Assembly: GCA_026390595.1 (NCBI GenBank)
Contig: JAPLFQ010000032.1
Span: forward strand, 28,215-92,214
Origin: Ignavibacteriales bacterium
GTDB lineage: Bacteria; Bacteroidota; Ignavibacteria; UBA10030
Reading direction: 5' to 3'
Length of the DNA stretch: 64,000 nucleotides
Positions 50,673 to 59,005 of this stretch are shown here, piece after piece; within the stretch, counting starts at the first letter, position 1; the number at the start of each line of letters is the position of its first letter. The notes beneath the pieces are model-generated. The model saw nothing but the letters and a program-made list of their open reading frames with translations, had not been told where the DNA came from and searched no databases. The position numbers and the translations under genes are program-made.

Positions 50673-51326
50673 ATGAAAAACCTCTTCACTGATCTCTCCC
50701 TGAACAGAAAGCTTGCCCTCTTCGTGTTCGTCCTGGGATTCCTGGCTTTATTCGCTGGAAGCCCGTACAGAGGAACGGAGCTGAAAGTCGACGCCTCTGA
50801 GATGGCAATGATCGTCCAGAAGGAAGTTGATCATGTCTCTTCTGAAGAACTGGCCGGCTGGATTGTTCAAGGGAAGGCCGATTATCGTCTTCTCGACCTG
50901 CGTACCGAGAAGGAGTTTGGCGAGTACCACATCCCAACTGCGGAAAACATGCAGCTGACGAACTTGAAAGAGGCCCAGCTGGGCAGGAATGAGAAGATGG
51001 TCTTGTACTCTGACGGGGGGATTCACTCCGCACAAGCCTGGTTTCTCCTGAAGGCCGAAGGGCACAAGGGAGTCTACATACTGCGCGGCGGGTTGGAGGA
51101 ATGGAAAGACAAAATACTCTTTCCACGACTTACCGATAACGCTTCGCCGGCCGAAGTCGCGGCGTTCGAGAAGACCAGACTCTTGAGCAAATTCTTCGGG
51201 GGATCCCCGCAGGTTGGAGGCGCTGCACAGACCACCACGCAGACGATGACGCTCCCGAAACTCGAATCCCCTACGGGAGCACAACCCAAGACAACTCCGG
51301 GAAAGAAGAAGAAAGAGGGCTGCTGA
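50673..51326 (+). CDS. Membrane-anchored rhodanese-like protein without the active-loop Cys, ending in -EGC
   Basis: LLDLR...EF..YHIPTA, VLYSDGG..SAQA, LRGGL.EW; C-terminus KKKKEGC. Confidence 0.85.
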   Translation: MKNLFTDLSLNRKLALFVFVLGFLALFAGSPYRGTELKVDASEMAMIVQKEVDHVSSEELAGWIVQGKADYRLLDLRTEKEFGEYHIPTAENMQLTNLKEAQLGRNEKMVLYSDGGIHSAQAWFLLKAEGHKGVYILRGGLEEWKDKILFPRLTDNASPAEVAAFEKTRLLSKFFGGSPQVGGAAQTTTQTMTLPKLESPTGAQPKTTPGKKKKEGC

Positions 51327-51374
51327 GCGGCGCTTGCATCACAGAGGAAGCGTTTGTAGCTTATCCGAAACCTT

Positions 51375-51410
51375 GAAGCCCTCTCTTACAATGGAGGGCT
51401 TCTCTGCTTT
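51375..51410 (+). terminator. Probable intrinsic terminator
   Basis: GAAGCCCTC...GAGGGCTTC followed by a T-rich tract. Confidence 0.6.
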
Positions 51411-51442
51411 GAACAACTGACCTGGAACAACCGGAGTGAACA

Positions 51443-51778
51443 ATGCAAAAACCCCCTAAGCGATACCAGGATTTCTCCAAGAAGTACCGTGACATCGCGA
51501 AAGCGTACGAAGAGATGGGATCTGCCTGTCATTCGGCGGGACCGCTTGACGAAAAGACACGAGCCCTCGTCAAGCTCGCCATTTCAATCGGCGCCCGTAT
51601 TGAGGGGAGTACTCATGCACACGCCCGAAAAGCTATCGCTGCCGGTGTCAAAGCGGAGGAGCTGTACCACGTCGCACTCCTTGCCATTCCGACGATCGGA
51701 TTTCCGCCTGCCATGGCGGCGATGAGCTGGGTTGAAGATATGGTGAAACCGGAACTTCCGGCCCGCAAACGCAAATGA
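51443..51778 (+). CDS. Carboxymuconolactone decarboxylase/AhpD-like protein (no CxxC)
   Basis: GPLDEKTRALVKLA..G.....HAH..KA...G...EEL, GFP. Confidence 0.85.
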   Translation: MQKPPKRYQDFSKKYRDIAKAYEEMGSACHSAGPLDEKTRALVKLAISIGARIEGSTHAHARKAIAAGVKAEELYHVALLAIPTIGFPPAMAAMSWVEDMVKPELPARKRK

Positions 51779-52383
51779 CGAAGCGGTCAGATGTTCTCGG
51801 CGCGGTTCTCGCCGGCGGCAAGAGCACGCGCATGGGTACGGAGAAAGCGTTATTGCCCGTCAAAGGCCGTCCGATGATCCAGTATGCAGCTGAGACGCTT
51901 GCGAAGGTGTTTGCTGAAACTGTAATCGTTGGCGGCAGCCAGGACAAGTACGGGTTTCTGAAATGCGAGATTGTGCCGGATCTCTTTGAGGGTTGCGGTC
52001 CGCTTGGCGGTATTCATGCGGCGTTACACCGCTCCAAGCCGCGGGCTGCCTTTGTCCTGTCCTGCGACACACCATTCATCCCTGCCGATCTCATTGAATT
52101 CCTCCTCCGAGCCAAGGCGCCGGATTTGACAGTTATCGCGACATTCGACGGGGTCCTCCAACCTCTTTGCGGAGTTTATGACGCGTCGAGTTTTCCCGAA
52201 ATCGATCGAGACATCGAACAAGGCAAGTACTCCGTCTTCAAAACACTCAAGAATATCGAGCATGTAGAAATCCCAATTACGCCCGATCTCCCGTTCTTCA
52301 CTCCACAGCTATTCTGGAATATGAATCGACCTGAAGATTACCGAATCCTCTCACAACCTGACGCAGGGACTTCTCATGGCTGA
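51775..52383 (+). CDS. mobA: Molybdenum cofactor guanylyltransferase
   Basis: LAGGKSTRMG.EKA, GPLGGI, SCDTP, PLCGVY, NMNRPED. Confidence 0.93.
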   Translation: MTKRSDVLGAVLAGGKSTRMGTEKALLPVKGRPMIQYAAETLAKVFAETVIVGGSQDKYGFLKCEIVPDLFEGCGPLGGIHAALHRSKPRAAFVLSCDTPFIPADLIEFLLRAKAPDLTVIATFDGVLQPLCGVYDASSFPEIDRDIEQGKYSVFKTLKNIEHVEIPITPDLPFFTPQLFWNMNRPEDYRILSQPDAGTSHG

Positions 52384-53362
52384 TGCACGCACGATCAAAA
52401 AAGCGGCGCGTACACCGCTCACCTCCAGGAACAGTCAAGCGCGTTCCATCAAGCTCGTAAATTTCGAGACGGGAGAGTCCGTTTCGATTCTTCCCAGTCT
52501 GGGAGCGACCGTGCGTGAGCTGGTCCTTCGTTGCAGAGGGAGGCTCTTCTCCATCCTGGAGTATCCCAAATCGTACAAAGCGATGCTTGAAAACAAGCAC
52601 TTCGCAGGGGTCAAGCTCATTCCCTTCCCGGGCCGGATCCCCGACGCGACGTACGCGTTTGCAGAGAGAACACACAAGCTTGAGGCTAACTCGAAGCGCA
52701 ACTTTGCCATTCACGGGTTCTTCTTCGACAAGCCGTATCAATTGCACAAAACGAGGGTGGGCGATAACTCTGCATCATTGGTGCTTCGATCAAAGCACAA
52801 CGGCAGAACCAAGGGATATCCCTTCGCGTTCGAGGTCCGATTGACATACACGCTCAAAGCGGGCTCGTTCTCCTGTACGACAGAGATCCGGAACACGGAT
52901 TCCAAGCCGATCCCTGTCGGAGACGGCTGGCACCCATATTTCAAAACCGCGGGGCCTGTCAGAAAACTTCTGCTATCGCTGCCGGCACATTCCGTGGTTG
53001 AGGTCACTCCTTCGAAAGTGCCGACGGGTGCCATGCGCAAACCGATTACAAAACGAAGTGTTATCCCGCTGAACAAGAAGACACTCGACCCGGTGTTTGA
53101 CTTTGGAAAGAAACGGCAGAAGGTGACGACAAAGCTCATTGATCGGAAGCTGGGACTCGAACTGCAGGTATGGCAGGATTCGGGGGCGGGGCGCTACAGG
53201 TATTTGATTCTCCACCGGCCGGATTCGGGCTCGTCGGTGGCCATTGAACCCTGGACGTGTGCACCGAACTCATTCAACAACAGAATGGGTCTGATCGTAT
53301 TGAAACCGGGCGCGACATTCAAAGCATCGTATGGAGTTGTGCTGAAAAAACTTCAGAAGTGA
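52376..53362 (+). CDS. Aldose 1-epimerase family protein
   Basis: LIPFPGRI, AIHG, GYPF, GWHPYF, AIEPWT. Confidence 0.88.
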   Translation: MADARTIKKAARTPLTSRNSQARSIKLVNFETGESVSILPSLGATVRELVLRCRGRLFSILEYPKSYKAMLENKHFAGVKLIPFPGRIPDATYAFAERTHKLEANSKRNFAIHGFFFDKPYQLHKTRVGDNSASLVLRSKHNGRTKGYPFAFEVRLTYTLKAGSFSCTTEIRNTDSKPIPVGDGWHPYFKTAGPVRKLLLSLPAHSVVEVTPSKVPTGAMRKPITKRSVIPLNKKTLDPVFDFGKKRQKVTTKLIDRKLGLELQVWQDSGAGRYRYLILHRPDSGSSVAIEPWTCAPNSFNNRMGLIVLKPGATFKASYGVVLKKLQK

Positions 53363-53368
53363 TTGCGC

Positions 53369-53435
53369 GCTCCTGACGGAGCTCGATGAGATAACTGCAT
53401 CCTTAATTCTTCAGACATTTCGTCCCTAACGGGAC
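53369..53435 (+). repeat. REP-like hairpin doublet, copy 2
   Basis: GCTCC-TGAC-GGAGC and GTCCC-TAAC-GGGAC hairpins 53 nt apart, between convergent genes. Confidence 0.7.
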
Positions 53436-53456
53436 GGGGAATAAGTTGGCTCAAGT

Positions 53457-54104
53457 TCACTTCTTCTTGGCGGCGAGGAAATTCTGGACCATCCGATTGG
53501 CGCGTTCCGTCAGCACTTCATAGCGCTCTTCATCGATGGCTTTCTTGTCGAGCAGATCACTTCCGACACCCACTGCGCACGCCCCCGCCGCGATCCACTC
53601 ACCAACATTATCGATTGTCACTCCACCGGTCGGCATCAGGCGAATATCCGGGAAGGGACCACGAAGATCCTTGAAATACTTGGGTCCCAGTGAAGTTGCA
53701 GGGAATACCTTGATGATGTCAGCGCCGGCATTCCATGCAGTCAGTATCTCGGTCGGAGTATAGCAGCCGGGCATGACCGGAATGTCCCGCTTCCCGCAGA
53801 GAGACACGACGCCAAGGTTCAACACCGGGCCAACGACAAACGCCGCTCCAGCATCAATCACCTGATTCGCCGTCGTCTCGTCAACCACAGTTCCGGCACC
53901 GATGAGCACATCGGGTGGAACGGCTGTCGCCAGACGTCGGATGATTTCCACAGCTCCCGGTACTGTCATCGTAATTTCGATGTTCTTGACTCCCCCCTGT
54001 CGTACAGCTTCGATGACCTTAAGAAGCCGGTTCGTGTCTTTCATCCGGATGACAGCAACGACACCGGATTCGATTATTCGGGCAAGTATGTCTGAGCGTT
54101 TCAT
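53457..54104 (-). CDS. eda: KDPG/KHG aldolase
   Basis: VVAVIR, IEIT, IGAGTV, PG..TPTE, KVFP, MPTGGV. Confidence 0.93.
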   Translation of the reverse strand: MKRSDILARIIESGVVAVIRMKDTNRLLKVIEAVRQGGVKNIEITMTVPGAVEIIRRLATAVPPDVLIGAGTVVDETTANQVIDAGAAFVVGPVLNLGVVSLCGKRDIPVMPGCYTPTEILTAWNAGADIIKVFPATSLGPKYFKDLRGPFPDIRLMPTGGVTIDNVGEWIAAGACAVGVGSDLLDKKAIDEERYEVLTERANRMVQNFLAAKKK

Positions 54105-54107
54105 AGG

Positions 54108-55487
54108 CTACTTCAGATAGAATGTGTAGTAAGGTTCACTCTTCGCCATCCGGAGGATGAGAATTCCGAGCTCGCGAGCGTGGTAGTCTCCCCACATCGT
54201 AGACTCACCGCAAGGGATTTTCTTGCCGGCGGGTACGTGGTCCCAACCGTTCGGCCTGTGGTACACTGAATGCAGTATCAGCCCCTGATGGTTGGGATCG
54301 AGCGAAAGGTACGGCTCCTGAAACACCCGACACGCCACCGCCAGTCCTGCCTGGAGATATTTCTCCCCGTTGACCTTGTCGCCGTTGTTCAGGAGAAAAT
54401 TGCCAAGGCGCACCAGACCCTGTGCGGAGATCGATGCCGCCGAGCTGTCGACCGGCTCGAAGTCATTGAATGGCTCTGCCGGGCGGTCGAGGTAATTCCC
54501 GAGCATTGACAAGCCCGGGGCTCCGGTATCCCAGTACGGAATTCCATCCGTGGGCATGTTGTGGACATAGAAATCAGCTGTTGCGCGAGCCACCGTCCGG
54601 AAGGCACCCAGGATTCTCTCGCTTCCGCCGAAAGGACTTAATGCATCCTGCGGCAAAGCAGAAAGGAACTCGAGCTCCTCGGCATAGCCCAGGAGGATCC
54701 AGGCGAGTCCGCGAGTCCAGGTCGACAACGGAGAGTAGCCCTGTTGCGTGCTCGCACACCTGTAGGACCCATCGTTGGTATTGAAGATCGATTCGTGTGC
54801 CACCCTCCCGCTCACATCGTATGCGTCGCGCCCTTCCCCGAAATAAACATTATATCGCGCTGTCGTTTCGGCATGCTGGAGCAACCTTTCCAGCAGATCA
54901 ATTCTACGATCCTTCTCTCCCATGAGTACGTGGCCGAGCTGATGAGCCACAGCGAGAACCCGGAGAGAACGAATCGTGTCGGCAAACAGTGAATGCGGAC
55001 CATTAAACGAATAAATGTATCCCTGCTGTTCACCAATCGAAGTCCAGCGGGCCGCCTGCACTGCTCCGCTGACCTTGATGGCCAGCTCGTAGAAATTCGT
55101 TTCCCATTGGTCGGCCGGCAACTTCTTCTCACGCATCAAGCGTAGAAGATTGCCGCACGTGCTCATCGTGTTAAACCCATGATCATGAACACCGACATGG
55201 CTCACATGACGGGGCATTTCGCGCAGCGTGCCTTCTCTGCCGATTGCCAGGAAGTCCTTCTCACCAGAGAAGTCGTACTGAAGAACAGCTGACCCGAACT
55301 GGAATCCCTGCGTCCACTCTGTCCAGCCCCTGGAGGTGTATTTGCCGTCAACAGTGAAAACTGGTGATCCTTTCCCCGGATTCCATGCCTTCTGGATGTT
55401 GGAGATCTTCTTTCCGGACAACTCGAACATGCGTTCGACAACCGGAATGAGGGATTTCAATTGAACAGGATGATCGATACGGAGCAT
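54108..55487 (-). CDS. GH88-like unsaturated glucuronyl hydrolase family protein
   Basis: WTEWTQGF, HDHGF, QQGY...STWTRGLAW, PYWD, DSSAA, WGDY. Confidence 0.8.
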   Translation of the reverse strand: MLRIDHPVQLKSLIPVVERMFELSGKKISNIQKAWNPGKGSPVFTVDGKYTSRGWTEWTQGFQFGSAVLQYDFSGEKDFLAIGREGTLREMPRHVSHVGVHDHGFNTMSTCGNLLRLMREKKLPADQWETNFYELAIKVSGAVQAARWTSIGEQQGYIYSFNGPHSLFADTIRSLRVLAVAHQLGHVLMGEKDRRIDLLERLLQHAETTARYNVYFGEGRDAYDVSGRVAHESIFNTNDGSYRCASTQQGYSPLSTWTRGLAWILLGYAEELEFLSALPQDALSPFGGSERILGAFRTVARATADFYVHNMPTDGIPYWDTGAPGLSMLGNYLDRPAEPFNDFEPVDSSAASISAQGLVRLGNFLLNNGDKVNGEKYLQAGLAVACRVFQEPYLSLDPNHQGLILHSVYHRPNGWDHVPAGKKIPCGESTMWGDYHARELGILILRMAKSEPYYTFYLK

Positions 55488-55493
55488 AGTCGG

Positions 55494-56288
55494 TCACAAT
55501 CGTTGGATGTGAAGGCCGCCGTCGACGTAGATCACTTCGCCGGTGGAAAACGGAAATTGGCCCGAGAGGAGCGCTCCAGCTGCCTGGCCCACGTCCTCAG
55601 CCGTCCCCCACCGCTTCAATGGTACCAGTCCCTCAGCGAGCAGCTTGTCATACTTCTCTTTGACACCACTGGTCATGTCGGTCAACATAACACCCGGCCG
55701 GAGTTCATACACCTGCACACCATGATCAGCCAGGCGTAACGCCCACAGCTTGTTGACCATTGCGAGGCCGGCTTTCGAGATGCAGTATTCACCGCGGTTC
55801 AACGACACTGCATCAGCCGAGATCGATGAAACGAACACAACCTTGAAGCCTCCAGGGAGCAGTGGGGATGGAGTTTCCTTGAGCCAGTAGTTGGCCACGC
55901 GCTGAGTAAGGAAAAATGGCCCTTGCAGGTTAACCCTTAGCACTTCGTCAAATGATTCTTCGGTCATCTCGGTCAGGTCTTTTCTTTCCTTCGGGGCGAC
56001 TCCTGCATTATTGACGAGGGCATCGATTCTACCCATTTCCGAAAGGACCTTCTTCACGAGTTTTTTCACCTGCGACGATTCGCTGATGTCTGCCTGGACG
56101 GCCAGGAACTGCTGTTCCTTCGACAACCGGTTTGCCGTGCATTGTGATACGGTCTGCAGAGCAGATTTGCGATCTCGTGCAAAATTCACTGCCACAGAAT
56201 AGCCCCGTTTTGCAGCCTCGACGGCAATTCCCCGCCCCAACCCGCGGCTTGCGCCGGTAATGAGGACAACGGGTATTGTTGTTTTCAT
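55494..56288 (-). CDS. SDR oxidoreductase (PRK12745-like)
   Basis: TGASRGLG, NNAG, YCISK, RPG...TDMT, DGGLHIQRL; start at ATG 56288 or 56297. Confidence 0.9.
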   Translation of the reverse strand: MKTTIPVVLITGASRGLGRGIAVEAAKRGYSVAVNFARDRKSALQTVSQCTANRLSKEQQFLAVQADISESSQVKKLVKKVLSEMGRIDALVNNAGVAPKERKDLTEMTEESFDEVLRVNLQGPFFLTQRVANYWLKETPSPLLPGGFKVVFVSSISADAVSLNRGEYCISKAGLAMVNKLWALRLADHGVQVYELRPGVMLTDMTSGVKEKYDKLLAEGLVPLKRWGTAEDVGQAAGALLSGQFPFSTGEVIYVDGGLHIQRL

Positions 56289-56505
56289 TGGGACCATCAG
56301 AATTGGTGGAAGAGGCCGGAGTGAATCATAAGCCGGCCGGCGCAAAGTATGTCCGACCCAAAATACTAAACCAATGTCCGAAAGACAAGGAGAACCCATC
56401 GCTGACGATACCGCGTTTTGCCAGTGGAATCTTTGCGACATTTTAGCTACAATCTTCTCGAACCATCGCACCGATTCCCTCCTCCATTGTCAAAGGACCA
56501 ATGCT

Positions 56506-57714
56506 ATGAACGGGTACGACAGACGGCAATTCCTCAAGTCATCACTTCTCGGATCTTCCGGGGCGATCCTTGCGTCGTCCGCTCTTGGGCAGACGGCAAC
56601 TGCCAACGCTGAGCCATCAGTGCGGCGAACGAAGCTCATCACCCGGAAACTCGGAAAGACAGGAATCGAGGTCCCGATTGTCAGTTTCGGCGTGATGCGC
56701 GCCGACAATCCGGCGCTCGTCAAAACCGCGATGGAGGCCGGTATCGTCCTCTTTGATACCGCGCACGGGTATCAAAGGGGCCGTAATGAGGAGATGCTTG
56801 GGGAAGTACTGAAAGATCAAAAGAGAGATTCCTATATTCTCGCTACGAAAGTCCAGCCCGAGGAAAAGGACAACAAGACGGGAATCCTGAAAGCCGGCTC
56901 TACTGCGAAAGCGTTTCTTGACCGGTTTGATATCAGTTTGAAGAGGCTTAAGCTCGATTACGTTGATGTTCTCTATGTACACGAGATCTCAACCAGGGAA
57001 GGTGTCTTTTTCCCGGCAATGATTGAAGCCTTGCAGGAAGCCAAGAAGTCAGGAAAAGCAAAGCATGTAGGCCTGTCGACACACAGGAATGAACCGGAAG
57101 TCATCCAGGCCGCAATCGAGGCCGGCATCTACGAGGTGGTTTTGACATCTGTTAATTTCAAGCAGGATCACTATGGACAAGTCAAAGAGGCAATAGCAAA
57201 AGCAGCGAAAGCAGGAGTCGGAATCGTTGCGATGAAGACCATGGCAGGCGGATTCCATGACAAAGAACGGACCAAGCCTATCAACTGCAAAGCGGCGCTA
57301 AAGTTCGTGCTTCAGGACGAGAATATCACCACAGCGATACCGGGCAACACGAATTTTGAGCAGCTCGCCACCAATGCCAGCATCAACACCGATCTTGCGA
57401 TGACCGACGAAGAAAAAGCCAGCCTCGCGCTCGGCAAGTCCGAAAGCGGCTTGTACTGCCAGGGATGCGAGCATTGCGTACCGAATTGCCCGAAGGGATT
57501 GCCGATACCCGACATCATGCGCGCGTACATGTATACTTATGGATACAAGCAACCCGAAATGGCGCAGGTTCTGCTCAAGGGGCTCAACGTCTCCGGAAAT
57601 CCATGCAGCGATTGCGGCCATTGCACGGCAGTGTGCACAAAGGGGTTCAATGTAGCCGACAAGGTCGCTGACGTCTCGCGCCTCGTCAACGTGCCAGAGG
57701 AATTTCTAGCGTAG
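56506..57714 (+). CDS. Tat-signal aldo/keto reductase with C-terminal 4Fe-4S motifs
   Basis: DRRQFLK, RKLGKTG, FDTAHGY, ATK, LYVH, AMKT; CQGCEHC...CP and CSDCGHC...C. Confidence 0.88.
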   Translation: MNGYDRRQFLKSSLLGSSGAILASSALGQTATANAEPSVRRTKLITRKLGKTGIEVPIVSFGVMRADNPALVKTAMEAGIVLFDTAHGYQRGRNEEMLGEVLKDQKRDSYILATKVQPEEKDNKTGILKAGSTAKAFLDRFDISLKRLKLDYVDVLYVHEISTREGVFFPAMIEALQEAKKSGKAKHVGLSTHRNEPEVIQAAIEAGIYEVVLTSVNFKQDHYGQVKEAIAKAAKAGVGIVAMKTMAGGFHDKERTKPINCKAALKFVLQDENITTAIPGNTNFEQLATNASINTDLAMTDEEKASLALGKSESGLYCQGCEHCVPNCPKGLPIPDIMRAYMYTYGYKQPEMAQVLLKGLNVSGNPCSDCGHCTAVCTKGFNVADKVADVSRLVNVPEEFLA

Positions 57715-57722
57715 GGAACTGA

Positions 57723-58589
57723 ATGAAGAAGAATACTGCAGCACTTGCCGCGGCACTCTTGCTGCTTGTGCTTGAATCGCCGGCTCAGAACACGGCCTCG
57801 ACTTTTCCGCCGATTGCCGGCTGGAAGCTGACGGTCGAAGAAACCGTCTACACACCGAATAATCTCTGGGATGTGATCGACGGGGCAGCAGATTTGTTCC
57901 TCGAGTACAATTTCGTCGACCTCCGCATCGCCCGCTATCAGCGCTCATCCGACATCGAGATTAAAGTCGAGCTTTACAGGCACAAGACGGCAGTCGATGC
58001 TTTCGGAATGTACTCGCAAGAGCGTTATCCCGACTACCATTTCATCAACCTTGGGACGCAAGGATACACAGAGAAAGGTACTCTGAATTTCCTCTGCGGC
58101 GAATACTACGCGAAGATCTCGACGGTTCAGTCGGCCCAGGAGGCTCAGGTTGGCTTGATGGCAATTGGGAAAACCTTGGCGCGTGGTCTCAACAGGCCGA
58201 GTTCATGGCCTGACCTGCTTGCAGCATTTCCACAGAAGGGCAAACAAGCCAATACCGAACAATTCATATCAAAGAACTTCCTTGGCTATAGCTTCTTCAA
58301 CAATGTCTACACGGCCAGTTACATCGAAGATGTCCCGTTCAAGGCCTTCATCATCAGGATGGGATCGGCCGAAGAGGCACGCAAGACGGCCGAAACGTAT
58401 TTCGCGTCCCTGCCGAAAGATGGCGTATCAAAGAGCCAAGGCAGCAGGTATCTTGTTCGCGACCCGCACACCGGACTCATAGAATTTGTCCTCGGTTCAA
58501 ACTCGATTTACGGTGTCATCGGAGCCGGAGACAAAGGCTCGGATGCGCTCCTCGTTGAAATGGGCAGGGGCCTCGGCGAATTGCATTGA
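57723..58589 (+). CDS. Secreted DUF6599-like protein
   Basis: Signal peptide; Y...NLWDVIDGAADLFL.Y.F, AFGMYS.ER. Confidence 0.7.
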   Translation: MKKNTAALAAALLLLVLESPAQNTASTFPPIAGWKLTVEETVYTPNNLWDVIDGAADLFLEYNFVDLRIARYQRSSDIEIKVELYRHKTAVDAFGMYSQERYPDYHFINLGTQGYTEKGTLNFLCGEYYAKISTVQSAQEAQVGLMAIGKTLARGLNRPSSWPDLLAAFPQKGKQANTEQFISKNFLGYSFFNNVYTASYIEDVPFKAFIIRMGSAEEARKTAETYFASLPKDGVSKSQGSRYLVRDPHTGLIEFVLGSNSIYGVIGAGDKGSDALLVEMGRGLGELH

Positions 58590-58674
58590 GAATACGCAGG
58601 ACTAGCCGTTGACAGCAGATTTGGATATACGGGAAGTCGAAATGAATATCGACTTACATCTTGGTCATATTTTC

Positions 58675-58703
58675 TTGACATCTCGCCCCCTTCGTGGTAT
58701 ATT
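58675..58703 (+). promoter_or_regulatory. sigma70 promoter of the met operon
   Basis: TTGACA-17 nt-TATATT with TG extension. Confidence 0.8.
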
Positions 58704-58776
58704 AAATGCGGGAGTGCCTTCCGTCCGCGAAGATTTTGGAGGGTGTTAGCCCGGATTCAGAGTAGTTTACATACGC

Positions 58777-58896
58777 CTCTTATTCAGAAAGGCTGAGGGA
58801 ACAGGCCCGTTGACGCCTTAGCAACCGGTCCCGCTGTAGGGGATGCTGGTGCTTCATCCTGCCCTCTCGAGCAATCGAGTGTGGGAAAGATAAGAG
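58777..58896 (+). ncRNA. SAM-I (S-box) riboswitch
   Basis: CTCTTAT..AGA..GGCTGAGGGA.CAGGCCC.TTGA.GCC..AGCAACC...GGTGCT..TCC...GAAAGATAAGAG; P1 pairing; upstream of methionine genes. Confidence 0.93.
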
Positions 58897-58910
58897 AAGA
58901 AGCTTGTTCA

Positions 58911-58955
58911 GAGCCTCTTCAGGATATCATTTCCCTGAGAGGCTTTTTCGTTTTA
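58911..58955 (+). terminator. Riboswitch expression-platform terminator
   Basis: AGCCTCTTCAGG...CCTGAGAGGCT followed by TTTTCGTTTT. Confidence 0.85.
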
Positions 58956-59005
58956 TGGATGCGCTGACAGTTTCCTCCCACAGCAGACGATTTCGAGGAG
59001 ATGTA

